Positions 1-13,100 of a DNA stretch of 64,000 bases are shown piece after piece; the stretch's first letter is position 1, and every line of letters begins with the position of its first letter. The notes beneath the pieces were generated by a model that was not told where the DNA came from, did no database searches, and saw only the letters and a list, made by a program, of their open reading frames with translations. The stretch is from contig JAKMXF010000188.1 of the NCBI GenBank assembly GCA_024704765.1, forward strand, positions 367,015 through 431,014. Reading direction: 5' to 3'. Origin of the DNA: Oopsacas minuta (taxonomy: Eukaryota; Animalia; Porifera). A program made the position numbers and the translations under genes.

Positions 1-1790
1 TAATACTCTAATGAAATCTCCAGGCCTCAAATTTGATTTCGAATTCAAAATATCTAATTTAACTATACGCATCCAGTTCTCTACAATGGCGTTACTATAA
101 TACGAATAATTATTTCCAACTGAAAGACTGTGGGGGCCTAATATAATACCACTCAATAATGGCAGAATGGGTAAGTAGTAAGTTAAAATATATTCTATAA
201 GGCTAGGATAATAGCAAGGATTCGAATCAAATGTTTTGGTGTGATTATTGTTGATAGTATTTTCACATTGTTTACTTATATATGCAAAATGTTTGCCAAA
301 GGGAGATCTGTCTCTTAGGGTCTTACCATCCTTAATATCGATGGGATCACTGTCACTATCCTCATCGTATAAACTTTCATTTGTATCATCTAAATCAGAA
401 TAACTGTTACTAATCAGTGGCGGCGGACGGGGGGGGGGCGAACGTGCGGTCGCCTCCCCTCCCGTCACAGAAAATATCCCAAAGATTTGATTATAGACTT
501 ACTACTATTGGGTCAAATGAAGCCCGCTATCTGGGATTTGTAACCAATTCTATTTAATGAATAACATTGTATTACTATTGCTTTTCATGTTAGTATTGAA
601 GACTTAGTATAAGCGAGTAAACATAACAAAGTAGTCCTGTATAAATTATTATAACAATCAATTTTAATCAGTTTTGTTGCTGCCATTAGAAGAATTATTA
701 TACGATGAAGCGCAAACTTCGTGACTTTTACGATCCACAGCCTGTAGGCATCTAATCACCAACGCCGAGACTGCAGAAACAGAAATTACCGAAATGGTAG
801 CCACAGGAATCACAACCCCACGATGACTGATGGAAGTGCAACCACGAATGACATTGGAACTGTTATTGGAAAAACTGCCGAGCTATCCGATCGTGATAGA
901 CTGAATCTGTTTAACAACGCGTTTGTGCCCAGCATTGGTTTTGATTGGCCTTATCAAAACAGGACAAGCAAAGGAAAGGTCGAAAAACTTGAGTATTGGT
1001 CACAGTTCCTATACACATAAACCTACTTGAGTTCAATTTTTGATATACTATAATATGTAGACAGTCTAGCACTGATACAATATTCCTAACGAGTATCCTC
1101 TCAATCCAAAATGTGAGTGGATGATTTACTCTACACCCTAGGCGTGAATTAGTAAACAATTAAATCCCTATGTATTGGCAACCACTTTGACCGCCCCCCC
1201 TTAAAGAAATTCCTAGCGCCGCCACTGTTACTAATATAATGCTCTAATGTTTTAATATTGGTTAATACATGTTCATTCATATATTTACTCTTAAACACAT
1301 AACACAAGGAAGTAAACACACAACTTATTTGAGTAATATTAGTACAACGCACCAGATATCCAAAAGAATACAAAAACAACTTTCTCACTTCTTTATTTAA
1401 CTTAAATTTCCTATTAATGTGAAAGCCAATACCATGCCTTATATGGGCAGAACATAAATGGAGAATCAATTTTAATTCTAGTTCCTGATTGGCAGAATTT
1501 GTATCTACTCTATTCCAACATTTATCAAGATATGTATCGATGTCACATTTAAGAAAAGCATTACACACGCTATGAATTAACGCCCAGCTGAAATCTATCT
1601 CAACTTGTCCTATGTTAATATTATAACCTAATATTTTCTTTGCATCAAGATGCCATTTGTGTAGAAAATAACTAATCTCAGCGCTAGTATGACCAGAACT
1701 GATCATCTCTGCCAGAGGTATGGATGATCAGTTCTTTTTGGTATGTCGAGATGCTGACATAGATTTGATAACAATAACAGTGTTAGAATA
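1..1790 (-). pseudogene. NOF/Foldback-type MULE transposase remnant, interrupted by a hAT derivative; runs off the window start
   Basis: ORF 1149-1706 has EIDFSWALIHSVCNAF and LHLCSAHI. Removing 415-1235 (insert plus one TSD) restores the frame (LEHYISN-SYSDLDD...). After a frameshift it reads SNAIVENWMRIVKLDIL, the catalytic-Glu region. There is an in-frame stop just upstream of 1706. Confidence 0.65.
415..1227 (+). mobile_element. Internally deleted non-autonomous hAT element (813 bp)
   Basis: 11-bp TIR CAGTGGCGGCG / CGCCGCCACTG; perfect 8-bp TSD TTACTAAT at 407-414 and 1228-1235. ORF 823-1020 looks like a relic of the transposase N-terminus. Confidence 0.9.
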
Positions 1791-2899
1791 AGATTTGGTT
1801 ACCTGTATACATGTGTGAAATATAAAGCTATTTGTTCGTGTCACGAAATGTCCGGTCACGGATAGTTGTTTTCGAAAAATATGTCCGAGTCGAAAAATCT
1901 GTTCGGACTAATAATAGATTTTTTAGTAATGGCATTTTGGATTTGAATTATATTTACGCTGATGATAGTGATTAAATTTTCAACTAACTGTACACGTGTT
2001 TTCAAAGGATATTTTACCCTTCCTCCCTCCCCACTTCACACAAATTTTCTAAATCAATGTTCCCGAAGTCATTGGAGTATGTTTCTTGCTTTTCCAGTAG
2101 TATATCGATAACAGTATGATCTAAGACTTTGGTAACATAGTCAATAGCTTCTTGGCTCCAATATGTTGCCTTCTCTATATTCGTCTGGAAAAGGGTACAT
2201 GGGGAATATTACTTCCTTTGCTTTTAAATACCACGAGATTAACATTTCACTGATTTCTAATTAGAGGTATGATATGTGGTTAGGTAAGATTCTGACATCG
2301 GGGAATGTGAAATTTTTCCAATCCCCAAATTCGCGCATTGGCAAGTAAATTTGCTCTATCAAGATCGAATTCATTTTTGAGAGACATTTTCTGTAACTAT
2401 GCTGTTAATATTTGATCCTTCATCGCAATTACATGAATTAATATATCCTCTCCTTTACATATTGTAGTGTCCATCACCTCTACTTGCAAACAATTTCCGA
2501 ATACACTATCTTCATCAATTATTACTTATCTTCACTGTGATGCTTAATGCTAGGGGAAACCAGATTTGTGTTTAGATTATCATGATTTCGCTCCTTCCAG
2601 GGTTTAATCTAGAAATAATAATTTTAATATTTTAACAGATGCATAAGTAAATTAAAAATTCACTGATTTTATTTCATTTATTGTTAATGTTTAAGCTAAT
2701 GTTACGATTAATTAACACAAACTTACTTTTGAAAGTTTAAAGCGGGTTTGTTTCCTATCATTCTCCACTACGACTGAATTATGGTTCACCTTGGAGATAA
2801 GAAAAGGACCCACCCTGTGATTTTGTATTTTTTTTTCTCCTATGATTCACAACAAGTACGCTATCGTCAACTTCCTATTTACTGTTTAGTATGTGCAGT

Positions 2900-3880
2900 T
2901 GGATTTAACCTTTGGTGGTGTTGCTTTTCCATTTTGATTTTCTACTTCAGAAGGTTTTTGATAGCATTTTCGAATACAATTTCCTTGATTTCATACACTT
3001 TATTATGAAATTCCAACAGCTGTTCATCATCATCATCCCAATGATCATCGCTTTCATTTTCTTCACAACCTAAAACTTCTTTTTTGAATAAATCAGCGGC
3101 TTCGTTTGGCAAGCGTGCCTTTCTGAAGCCGTGCATGAGTTCGAAGGCGGAATATCCAGTTGGATGTTCACGAGGTCGTATATTGAGTGAAGTGTGATAT
3201 CAGGTTTTCAACCCATTTGTCATGTTGTCCTGCAATGATTTATCAAGCATGCCCTGATAACTTTGTGATATTATTCGGTTAGCCCATTTGTTGTGCGCTA
3301 TAAGGAGCTGTAAATATTAAACGGCAGTTATATTCTGATTGTAAATACTCATTAGTTGGCTCCTAAATTCACCCCATTGTCACTAATGATCTGGACTGGG
3401 GCTCCCTTGAAACAATAAATTGAAAATATACCTCTTGAGATTTCATTCGTTGCCTTGCTTTTAAGTCGTCTGGTTAATACCCATTTTGTGAAGTGGTCAA
3501 CCATGGTTAGAATGTACTGATACCCTTGAGATGGAATGTGTGGACCAGTTAAATCCATTCCTATTTCGTACTAAGGTCGAGTTATTACCGGCATAGGCTG
3601 AAGTAGTTGGTTTGGTCCCTTCAATGATCAATGATTGTGCATTCCTCTAACATTCTTCGCAGTTTTCACGTACTCTCGTATTGTCTTAACATAACTTGGC
3701 CAGTAGTATCGACCTTTAGCTAAAGCTTGTGTATTCTGCACATTGATGTAAACTGTGTATCTGACATGATATTTGGAAGATCATATTCTTTAATTATCAA
3801 TGGTTGTGACTCTCCAATTTTGAAATAGAGTTTATCACTCTTGACAACGTAGTTTTTTTGATATCCTCTGTAGTTGATAT
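2900..3880 (-). pseudogene. Gypsy/Ginger-type integrase remnant (zinc-binding region, rve core, C-terminal part), frameshifted
   Basis: MDLTGP...YILTMVDHFTKWV...PVQIISDNG (3352-3558) is the rve core. YYWP-like and H-containing segments lie upstream at about 3650-3800, and a C-terminal fragment at 2942-3136. No RT or LTR seen. Confidence 0.75.
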
Positions 3881-3922
3881 ACTACAATTACGACAGGTAG
3901 AGATGAGAATACCAAGAATCAA

Positions 3923-5850
3923 CTAAACTACAGGGTACTGGTCTCTAATTTGCATTACTATAGCCTCAAATGAATTGTACACAAACTTTTACGTCAGCAA
4001 TGTTCGGCTAAGTAGGTATCCAATAGGTCTGGATTAGTAATAGTGTTATTTCTTATTCTCTTTCTAATATGCCCATACACCTTCAATTGTCTGTGTATGT
4101 GCACCTGTTTTCGGGTCAACAAAGTTTTCACTATAATTTACAGTCAAGTGAGGGAAAGTTCCAGGGTTAATTAGACTATTGATCAGAAATTATAGTAGTC
4201 ATAGTTAGAATATAGGCGTTTATTAGTGGAATCAGAGTTACAGCTGAACGTTCTCCAACTGGAACTATGAAAATATCTTTGGTCCCTCCAGCCACCCCCA
4301 AATACCCACTGACCGGAAATTTGTCTCTCTGCGACAATTACAACTAGTATTGTGAATATAATAAGAAATACCAATAAGTTTAGCTAAACATAACAACCAC
4401 CTAAAATTGCTTCTAACTAGAATACTAACTACAAATACTAAAGTTGCCATAAATATAAGAACGTCACATCTCGTCTATCTCGACAATTTCTCCATGCCTA
4501 CCTACTGGCTGAGGATTTGCCAAAACTTCTCTGCACAAAGAAACCTCATGAAGTTCTTCCAATCAGTGATTGTTACTGTTGACCTTCCCAGATTCTCTAC
4601 CACTGCGTCTGTACTACTGATCTCCTTTGCCCAAAGATATACAAATTCTAACATCATTTAATGCCAAATTAGAGGCTTCGAAGAAGGACCTATTCTAAGA
4701 GATGCAACCTTTTGTCAGTTCCTCTCCGGACACCTCCAAATTCGGTCTGCTGCCACGCCTGAAAATTACCTGGTACCATAACCAAGCCACACTTGCAAAC
4801 AGGGCCGTCGAGAGCGCGAGCGGGCCCCGGGTCATAATTTTGGATGCGGGGGCCTCTCTGATATTTTGTTCCGTTATCGTGAAGTGAATAAACTAAACGC
4901 AAACTATCGCATTCGTATTATATATATATTAAAAAAAATAAAATCCTATTTACTCCTATATTTTATGAATTTTCAAGTTGCCTATAGCTATATAGCTATA
5001 TAGCTATAGAGTTTATGATGTTAAGTAATAGAAATGAAAATATTACTACAAAGCTAATAGTTCAAGAGTTATTGTAGTTAAGAACAGAAAAATACAAAAA
5101 TTTACAGTCAGTGTAATTAACAGAAAGCTTTGCGTGCCTTCTTCATAGCAAATTATTGATTATGTCTTGAAAGTCAATACGATTTGCAAGTTCAGCCTCG
5201 ATGCTCAATATTGCGAGATCGTTCAGTCTTCCCTGACTCATAGTGCTTCTCAGAAAGTTCTTGATAAGTTTCAACTTACTAAACGAACGTTCGGAGGAAG
5301 CAACGGTAAGAGGCAATGTGCAGAACATCCTCAATGCAGTACAGACATTGCAAAATATTTCATCTAACTTAAATTTTCTTATAGTGTCAAAAGATTTAGA
5401 GGACCCAAAGATTCATTTCCAAAATTAGCAATATGGATGGCTTTAAGATGAATCACCTCTTCTCCCAAATCGTTTTGGGAAATATCATCAGGATACTTCT
5501 TCCAAAGACTGGGTTTCTAGGAAGGATTAAATAACAAAGGTATTACTCTGCCCAGCGATGTCTTTATTTTCCCCTTTACTTGTCTACTTAATGCAGCCAA
5601 TAAAGCCCATGCATACTTTCACAGACAGAATTTCTCGGGCCCCGGGGTAATTACTCCGCCTACCCCCCTCTCAACGGCCCTGCTTGCAGAACAATCCCCT
5701 TGCCAACAAGCCGTTATCTTGAAGCCAAATAATATAATTGTCAGCATCAAAACAAGCATAAGTCCAATTTTTTGGATTTCTGCGTTAGTCCGAATGTGAC
5801 AAATGTATTAATCAAGATTCGTATGCGTTTCTATGTATTAGATCAAATTT
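3923..5850 (-). pseudogene. Merlin (IS1016/ISXO2-like) transposase remnant, split by a hAT insertion
   Basis: Minus-strand motifs WLQDNGLLA..CKC, WRC...[56 protein letters not shown] and YP-stop at about 3923. Multiple stops and frameshifts; the 5' boundary is approximate. Confidence 0.8.
4800..5682 (-). mobile_element. Internally deleted hAT element (883 bp) carrying the dimerisation-domain fragment
   Basis: TIR CAGGGCCGTCGAGAG / CTCTCAACGGCCCTG; 8-bp TSD CTTGCAAA (4792-4799) / CTTGCAGA (5683-5690). ORF 5143-5334 reads TLPLTVASSERSFSKLKLIKNFLRSTMSQGRLNDLAILSIE. Confidence 0.9.
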
Positions 5851-6419
5851 GAGTTGTTCTCGTTAGTGTCTGGCTGAAGTATGAATTTGTTCTATTGAAG
5901 TTTGTTAAGAACATTACTTGTATTGCTGATTTTGTGTATTTGCACTTTTATGGGTGGCTTTTGCGTCGAATTAGTGTCTACTTTGTTCTGGATGTTTTAT
6001 GGTGAATTTTTGACCGATATATACTTGGTAAATGGGATTTTGATCTGATACATTCAATTTATTAATTTTTGGAATCTTAGACACTCAAGCATCGATGTAC
6101 AGCTATTCTTGTCACATAGTAGGAGGAGTGGAATATTGTGCAGTTTACTAAAGTTGTTTAGATGTTTAGGTGTTTAGTTGTTTATGTTTAGATAACATGA
6201 TAACTTGTTACATAATTTTATTAATACTATTTAGTGGATACAAATTTAGTTAGCTAATACATTAGTCATCTGAGGAGTCTTCAGGATATCGTCTGGTAAA
6301 CCCGTTGAAAAATTAATTGTGAAAATTGGATAGCATTCTGTAAATAAGATTCCAAAAGCTCTGCGCTTATTAAGGAAAATCGAATTATAAATAACAACAT
6401 ATCCCTTTTTGAAACCAGT

Positions 6420-6690
6420 TATGAGGGGGGTGTTTGAACACCCAAATCCCCCCTGCATACACCACCTTAGAATAAAGCTATTGATTATTATAATAATAAA
6501 TATAAACATACAAATATGTATTGTTGCTCAGTTCTAAAGATAAATATCAAGTAATTAACAACAATTGTGTTATACCTCCCTGTGTCTCGCTTTTTCACCG
6601 TTTTGCAATACAAAAAGAATGGGGTTGACACACTTCGCGTACTCCCCCCTCCCCTAGTAGCGTTACATAACGTTTGAACGACCCCTTTAG
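6420..6690. mobile_element. Isolated DNA-transposon termini (hAT-like at about 6420-6468; Harbinger-like at about 6650-6687)
   Basis: Reverse-strand GGTGGTGTATGCAGGGGGG and AGGGGTCGTTCAAACGTTATGTAACGC resemble TIR-type ends. No partner ends found. Confidence 0.35.
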
Positions 6691-7175
6691 AACAACACAA
6701 TTCCTGTACTACATTTATATTCTCAACATTTAAATCATGTCTAATGTATTACGAAGTCGTATAATCTGTCTGATAGACAAAAATGTCAGGTTTATCTGAG
6801 ATTTCGCACGTCTACCAAATGGTAGGCTTCTTTACTGAAACATCCTCTGATCTGTTTGAAACCAGCTAGTATATCTTTCTAATTTTATTATGATTTTCGT
6901 TAGTGTCATACTTTCATTTATTTAGCTGAATTTTCCTGGTTTGTACATAGAGTCCATTTCATCAAATTGCATACAGCCTTGACAATACATTTGTCTATAG
7001 GCATATGTTGTATTTAGAAAGTTACCATTGTCTAATTAGATGGTCTCTAGTCAACTTTATAATTCTGTTAGCTTGTATACCCAAGCTAGAATACTATTTA
7101 TTAACTTTCTAGTTTAATATTTAGCTACACACTTTTCTATTTTCTGTAGTACTCAATAGAACACATCATATTTTG

Positions 7176-10100
7176 ATGAAGATTTCTTTCCAGGTACATA
7201 ATAATATTTAGTTCTCAAATGTTTTTATGTATTTAGCGTTATACTAATATTTATTTGTTATTTTATTTTTGTAGATAATATTGCTATTGGGAATATCACT
7301 TGGTAAGTAGAGAGGTATCGATTTTTGGTTTCCAAATTACTGGGCCACATAGGTGCAACAATCTCCGGGTTTGGGTAGACGAAGACGACATCAAGCCCGC
7401 CCGTCTTATGCATTTTTATTATTGTTGGAGCTTAATTTGGTGGGGACGTGACCACCCAAAATAGCTCCTGTTTCGCCTATGTTATTTATAGAATTTCCAT
7501 GAATTATTATCCCGGCTCATTATGTTTAATTCTTTATACATCTCTAGGCTCTCTTGCCAACGCTGATATTTGTACTGCGGATTGGTTATTAGAGGATTAC
7601 CTAAGTGATAGTTGTTATTCCTGCAAAGATGATAATGAATTACTGAGCTGGTGCACTAGTTACCTGTAAGTTTACTTAATAAATGAGTATCCAAGTTCAA
7701 ATTATAATTATTGCTCATTTTTTAAAGATTCTGTATACATTATTAGTTATCTCTAACTGGGTAGGAGAGAACAACCTAAATATGTTAATTTTGTGTCTAT
7801 AGAAATGGCGACAATATTCCTCCTATCAAGTGTTGTGAAGGGTACGGATATGACTATCAAGATATCATGCCTACAGAAGGTTCTACAAACCTGGGCTCTG
7901 ACTACCAAGATATCATGCCTACAGAAGGTTCTACAAACCTGGGCTCTGACTACCAAGATATCATGCCTACAGAAGGTTCTACAAACCTGGGCTCTGACTA
8001 CAGAGATATCATGCCTATAGAAGGTTCTACAGATGATGACATAGTCTATGATTTCGGATATGAATACTCTGATATAGAAGATGATGAGAGCTTCCCTTAT
8101 GATTTTGAAGATTATGAGTATTATGATAGTGATAGTGATAGTGACAGTGATAGTGATGACGAGTCCTTTATAGGATTTGATCTCATGGATGATGAGCTAG
8201 CAGGCCCTATTACTAATGAAGTATTGTTACCACTGTAAGTTTATTATTATGTTATCTAAGTGCTGCTTTTCTGGTATATACCGTCAGGGTCACTTGATGT
8301 GAACCAAGTCTGTGGTCCCTATAAATTTTTCCCAAATAGGATTTGTATTAATATTTTGTGAAGTCTCTTTATTATGAATAATATAGCCGTTGCCTGATTG
8401 CCATGGCACTACTCATTACGCTATAACAGGTCGCCGGGCTGAGGCCTAAAATACTTCTTAAGTAGGAATAAGACCTAAAACATTCTGAACTGCTATCCAA
8501 ATACTGTACTGAAATGTTCATATTCTCCGCTAAGGCCAATCTAGTTAGATAATCCAAGAAAATATCCATTCCATAACATCCTTATTGAGTTATAAAGACT
8601 TTCAGCAAAACGTTGGGACCTCAAGGAAAGTTTTGGCCAACTCCCAGGCTCCAGATCCAACGCTAATGCCATGGAAAGTCATCAATAAATTCAAAAGAGT
8701 ACAAATACGAGATACCACATAATGTGTAAAATATATCTATTCAATGGATATTAGTTTTAGGCCTTATTCCTACTTCAACTTTGGGTCTTATTCCGCATCC
8801 CCCTACAACCTATTCATATCTCTGTACGCTATTGAATATAGTTATTGTATAGTTGACTCTCCCGGCTATATGATGTTTGTTGTGTCTTGTTATCATTTAT
8901 TAGTAATCTTTTATCATAATCTATTCTCACTCATTATTTGTATTTTTCGGGTGAGAATACCACACAATGCTTTATCAGATCAATCTTTATACTTCTGCTT
9001 GTAGAAATTTGTTCTATGGTAACCCAGCCATTGTCATACCAAAATAGTAGAAATATATGAATATAATCTGAGTAATCCTTTGCCATATGTAATAGGTAAT
9101 GATTCCCTCTCTCCTTTTAATAATGTCAATTCCATACTTATAGTATTCATAAACATTTTGTACTATGTATAAAATTTTACACATATTATATAGCATAATC
9201 TCATGGATACAAGTAAATACCTTCATGTTAATAATAATTAGACATATCATAATTCCCTACATAGCTCAGTAGTTATAACTAATTTGATTTATTAATTAAT
9301 GACTGCCTCCTGTCATTCTTACAGAATACTTGTAATTCCTAAGATTGCTTCATATGTTAAGCATGGTATTCTCATAATTATAGATTAATTATAATATGCT
9401 ATTAAGCTAATACAGTAGAACATCTATAAGTTCAAATGTAAATGCGCTTCAACCAGATTTTTTAGCCAATATGTATAGCCACTTCCTCCAACGGACGACT
9501 GTTTTTTAACAAAATTTATAAGAAATTTCTTCACAGAAACCCAAAGATTTCAAATCATCATAGCGATAAATACATGTTTTTCTAAATTTAGCACAAAAAT
9601 TGATAATTATGAAGATTATTCGTAGAATTCCTACTTATAGAGTAAGTATCAATGGTATGAGGCATAATTTTCTCCAAAGTATCCCCATTCTCCGCTTAAA
9701 GAGGTTCTTTTCTATGGAAATGAATATAGGTGGACGAAAAATGCCCCTGCTTATAGAGGTTCCCCATTTATAGAGATTGCACTGTACTCAGTATATATTA
9801 GATAATAAATAATACATACGTGTTCTTTCTTTGTTTGGATTTAGCGTATACAGGTGCTTTCAGTGCTTAAATATTGATTAACCATAATATAAACTCTCCT
9901 TAGATTGTGACACTACCAAAATTATAAATAATATTCCAATAATGTTTTTTTCTTAGAAATACAATAGAAAGTTAATTTAATTCTACATAAATACCTTAGT
10001 AATTATCAAAGTTAGGTATGATTAAATATCCGAATTCCAAAGTTCAAGCTAGTCGGTGAAATAGGATATTTTTACGAGAATCACTATTAATACAAGTTCA

Positions 10101-13100
10101 CTGTATTTACATTATTTTGGAGGTGTAACACTTATTCAGGTTCAGAAACATTATTGGTTTATTTCATTCGAATAAATATTTCAACCAAAAGTTGAAAATA
10201 TTGTCAAAACGTATTCATTACTAGAGGGGCAGTTGCATAACTATACCAAGGAGAGGGTGGAGTAAATTGAGACAGTTCCATCTTTATTGCATTTTGAATA
10301 GTTGCAACCTCTAGAACAATGTCATCTAATTTTTTGAATAGATTGTGGTTTGTTTATAAATGAAGCCTACAAAGAAAGATTCGTACTGTTCAGCATCAAT
10401 TTCTTATTCTGCTTCTGGATTCATGATCTTCTAACTTCTCATTAAGAATCCGTAATTTCGAGCTCATCTGGATGAAAATATAAAACATTCACAACTTAAT
10501 CAGGAATACATTACTTAGAACTACGTATACAGGTTCTAAGTTACTTTATAATCAATCATAGACTGAAATGACCGAATTTAGGTAGAAATTTGAATGATTC
10601 ATAACAGGAATAAGTAGTTACTAATGATATGGCATATTAATGTGAATAGTTGTCTATAATTATATGATTTCTCACCCTGGATGCAACCTTGTACGTATTC
10701 TGATAAATATTCACTAACTCTAGCAGCTGTATTCACAAAAGTTACGCACTAAGCTCGAAATCAACTTTCTTGTGAATAAGGTAGCTTAACACTACACATA
10801 ACGAATATATCACATTACTTTCACAATGTTTCATCCCCAATTATATTTTCAGTTTTATTCAACCCCTCATATTTCCTGAATATTTATCTTAATGTTATAT
10901 ATAGACCTAGTGCTCTTGAGGAAATTGATTCTATCACAATTACAACTCCTAGTCTGGTAGATTTCACAGCTTCCCCTGACTGCTTCCTAGCTAGCATCCT
11001 AGGTAACAACTATGTAGACTCTTATCAGAATGCTAAGCAGAAATGTAATAGTGATTTGAAGGAACAGCTGAGGCTAGAGTTTAACTCTCTCCTTGAACAA
11101 GTTTCTGAGACTAAAGGCAACTTTAAAACTTTCTTACAGCAATACTCCGACGAACTAACGGAAGATGAGATACAAGGTATGTTATCTTATAATTAGAATA
11201 TTTCCAATTAAATATACGAAGGGCACTCGAAAAGTTTTGACGTTGACCGACATATCAGATAGTAATCATAAATTTGACTATTACATTTTTTCAAAATACT
11301 CTCCCTGACAATCTATACATTTTTTCATTTTGGTAAACCAATTATCAAAACATTTTTTCCACTCTTCTTTGGGTATGTCTCCGATCGCTTGGAAAAGTGC
11401 CCCTCTCAACTCCTCATTAGTCGAAAATCTCCTCCCACGTAATTGATCTTTGAGTCTAGGGAACAACCAGAGTCGCAAGGGGCTAAATCAGGACTGTAGG
11501 GTGGGTAAGGTAATGTTTTGAGTCCAGAATTTTCCAAAAACTCACGAGTTCTGAATGCCGTATGCGATGATGCATTATCATGATGAAGAAGAATTCCTCT
11601 AATGCCTGTCTTCTCCCGCTGTGACTCAATTGCTGTGATGACTTTGGGTAGGCACACTGTAGTGTACCAGTCGGCAGTAACAGTCTTTCTATCCTCGAGA
11701 GCAACAGCTTCGACAAACCCACTAGATCTGAAAAAAATCGCCCACATTTGTTTCCCAACAGATCTAGCCCTCCGCACTTTGGTTGGAGGTGGGGCATCTT
11801 CTTCAACCCACTCCTTTGACATTCGCTTTGTTTCTGGATCATAACGGTATATCCATGTCTCATCACCTGTAAGGATCTCAGAAACAGCTCTTGAACTTCC
11901 ATTAGCAAACCTTTTGAGCATAATCTTTGCAAAAGTCTATGCGGGATATTCTTTGCTGTAAGTTCAAAGAATGGGGGATCCATCGGGCACACAACTTCCT
12001 GACACAAAGCTCTTTGTGCAAAATGATATTAATTGTCCCCGATGATAACTCGGTTTCATACTCTAACTGAGCGTACGTAATATGAGGATCTTTAGTAGTT
12101 AGATCTAGCATTTCGTTAACATTTTCTTCATTATGTGAAATATTCGGTCTTCCTGAACGAGGGGCATCTTCAAGAACAAAGTTTCCGTGAATAAATTCCC
12201 TGTACCATCGTTCAACTGTACTTAGAGAAGGAGCTAGATCCGGGAAATGTTCCTGTAAAGATTCATAGATTTTTACTCTTGTCTTCTGTTGTTTGAATAA
12301 GATCAAAATCATTGCTCGAAAATCACGTTTTGTGAGATCTGAGTTAGATTGAGATATTTTAGAAGCCATGAATACTAAAATTATCTAATTTATGAAAGTA
12401 GAAGAGATAAATGAATGAAAGTTTCAAAGTAAAGTAATAAAATATGTCTGAAAAGATGGATGCGGAAAAATATCCGACAGATTAATAGTTTCATATCAAA
12501 CGGCAAAACTTTTCGAGTGCCCCTCGTACATGACATCATTTATACGAATGTCACCACTGTACAGAACCACGTTACCCCGAATTAAGGGAATTGTTAAACT
12601 TGTTTGAATGCTATATGCGAGCAACCGGCTTACCCCTGTTATTTTAGCAATTTTGTTTGTTGACTAAAAGTGAGTCTATCTATTAATTATTTAATACAAT
12701 TATATCTGATAATAAACTGCCAATAGAAATAGTATTAGTCAACCGCTCAGCTTCGTTATACTGTCATTTTAGAGAACTTAGCCGAATCCTTTTTAATGGA
12801 TTATATGGAAGAAAATTTCGGTTATCAGAGACAAGCACACCCACTTCTTACCCCAGAGTACGTCTTAAGCTTAAAACTTACTACACCTTTGTTGTATTTA
12901 ACTTACCATTACTGATTATCACATCTATATTGTATAGAAGTAAAAGCTCAGATGGCAGACCTTGACAGACAGGTGATTGAGCGTACTCAACGCATGAGAG
13001 ATCAGCTAATGAATCCTAACTGCACCAAGTACACTAATCTAGAGAAAGATAGATCTATTATATCAGCTGCTGAGGCATATGAGAGAGTACTGGATGTGGA

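Noticed and set aside
1835-2560. CGAAATGTCC-type motifs and a decayed minus-strand reading frame
   Set aside because: Probably a TE end and relic, but there is no partner TIR or diagnostic motif, so it was not called.
8280-8740. Antisense ORF 8372-8569 in the APP-like intron
   Set aside because: Short, with no recognisable motif and no supported splice partners.
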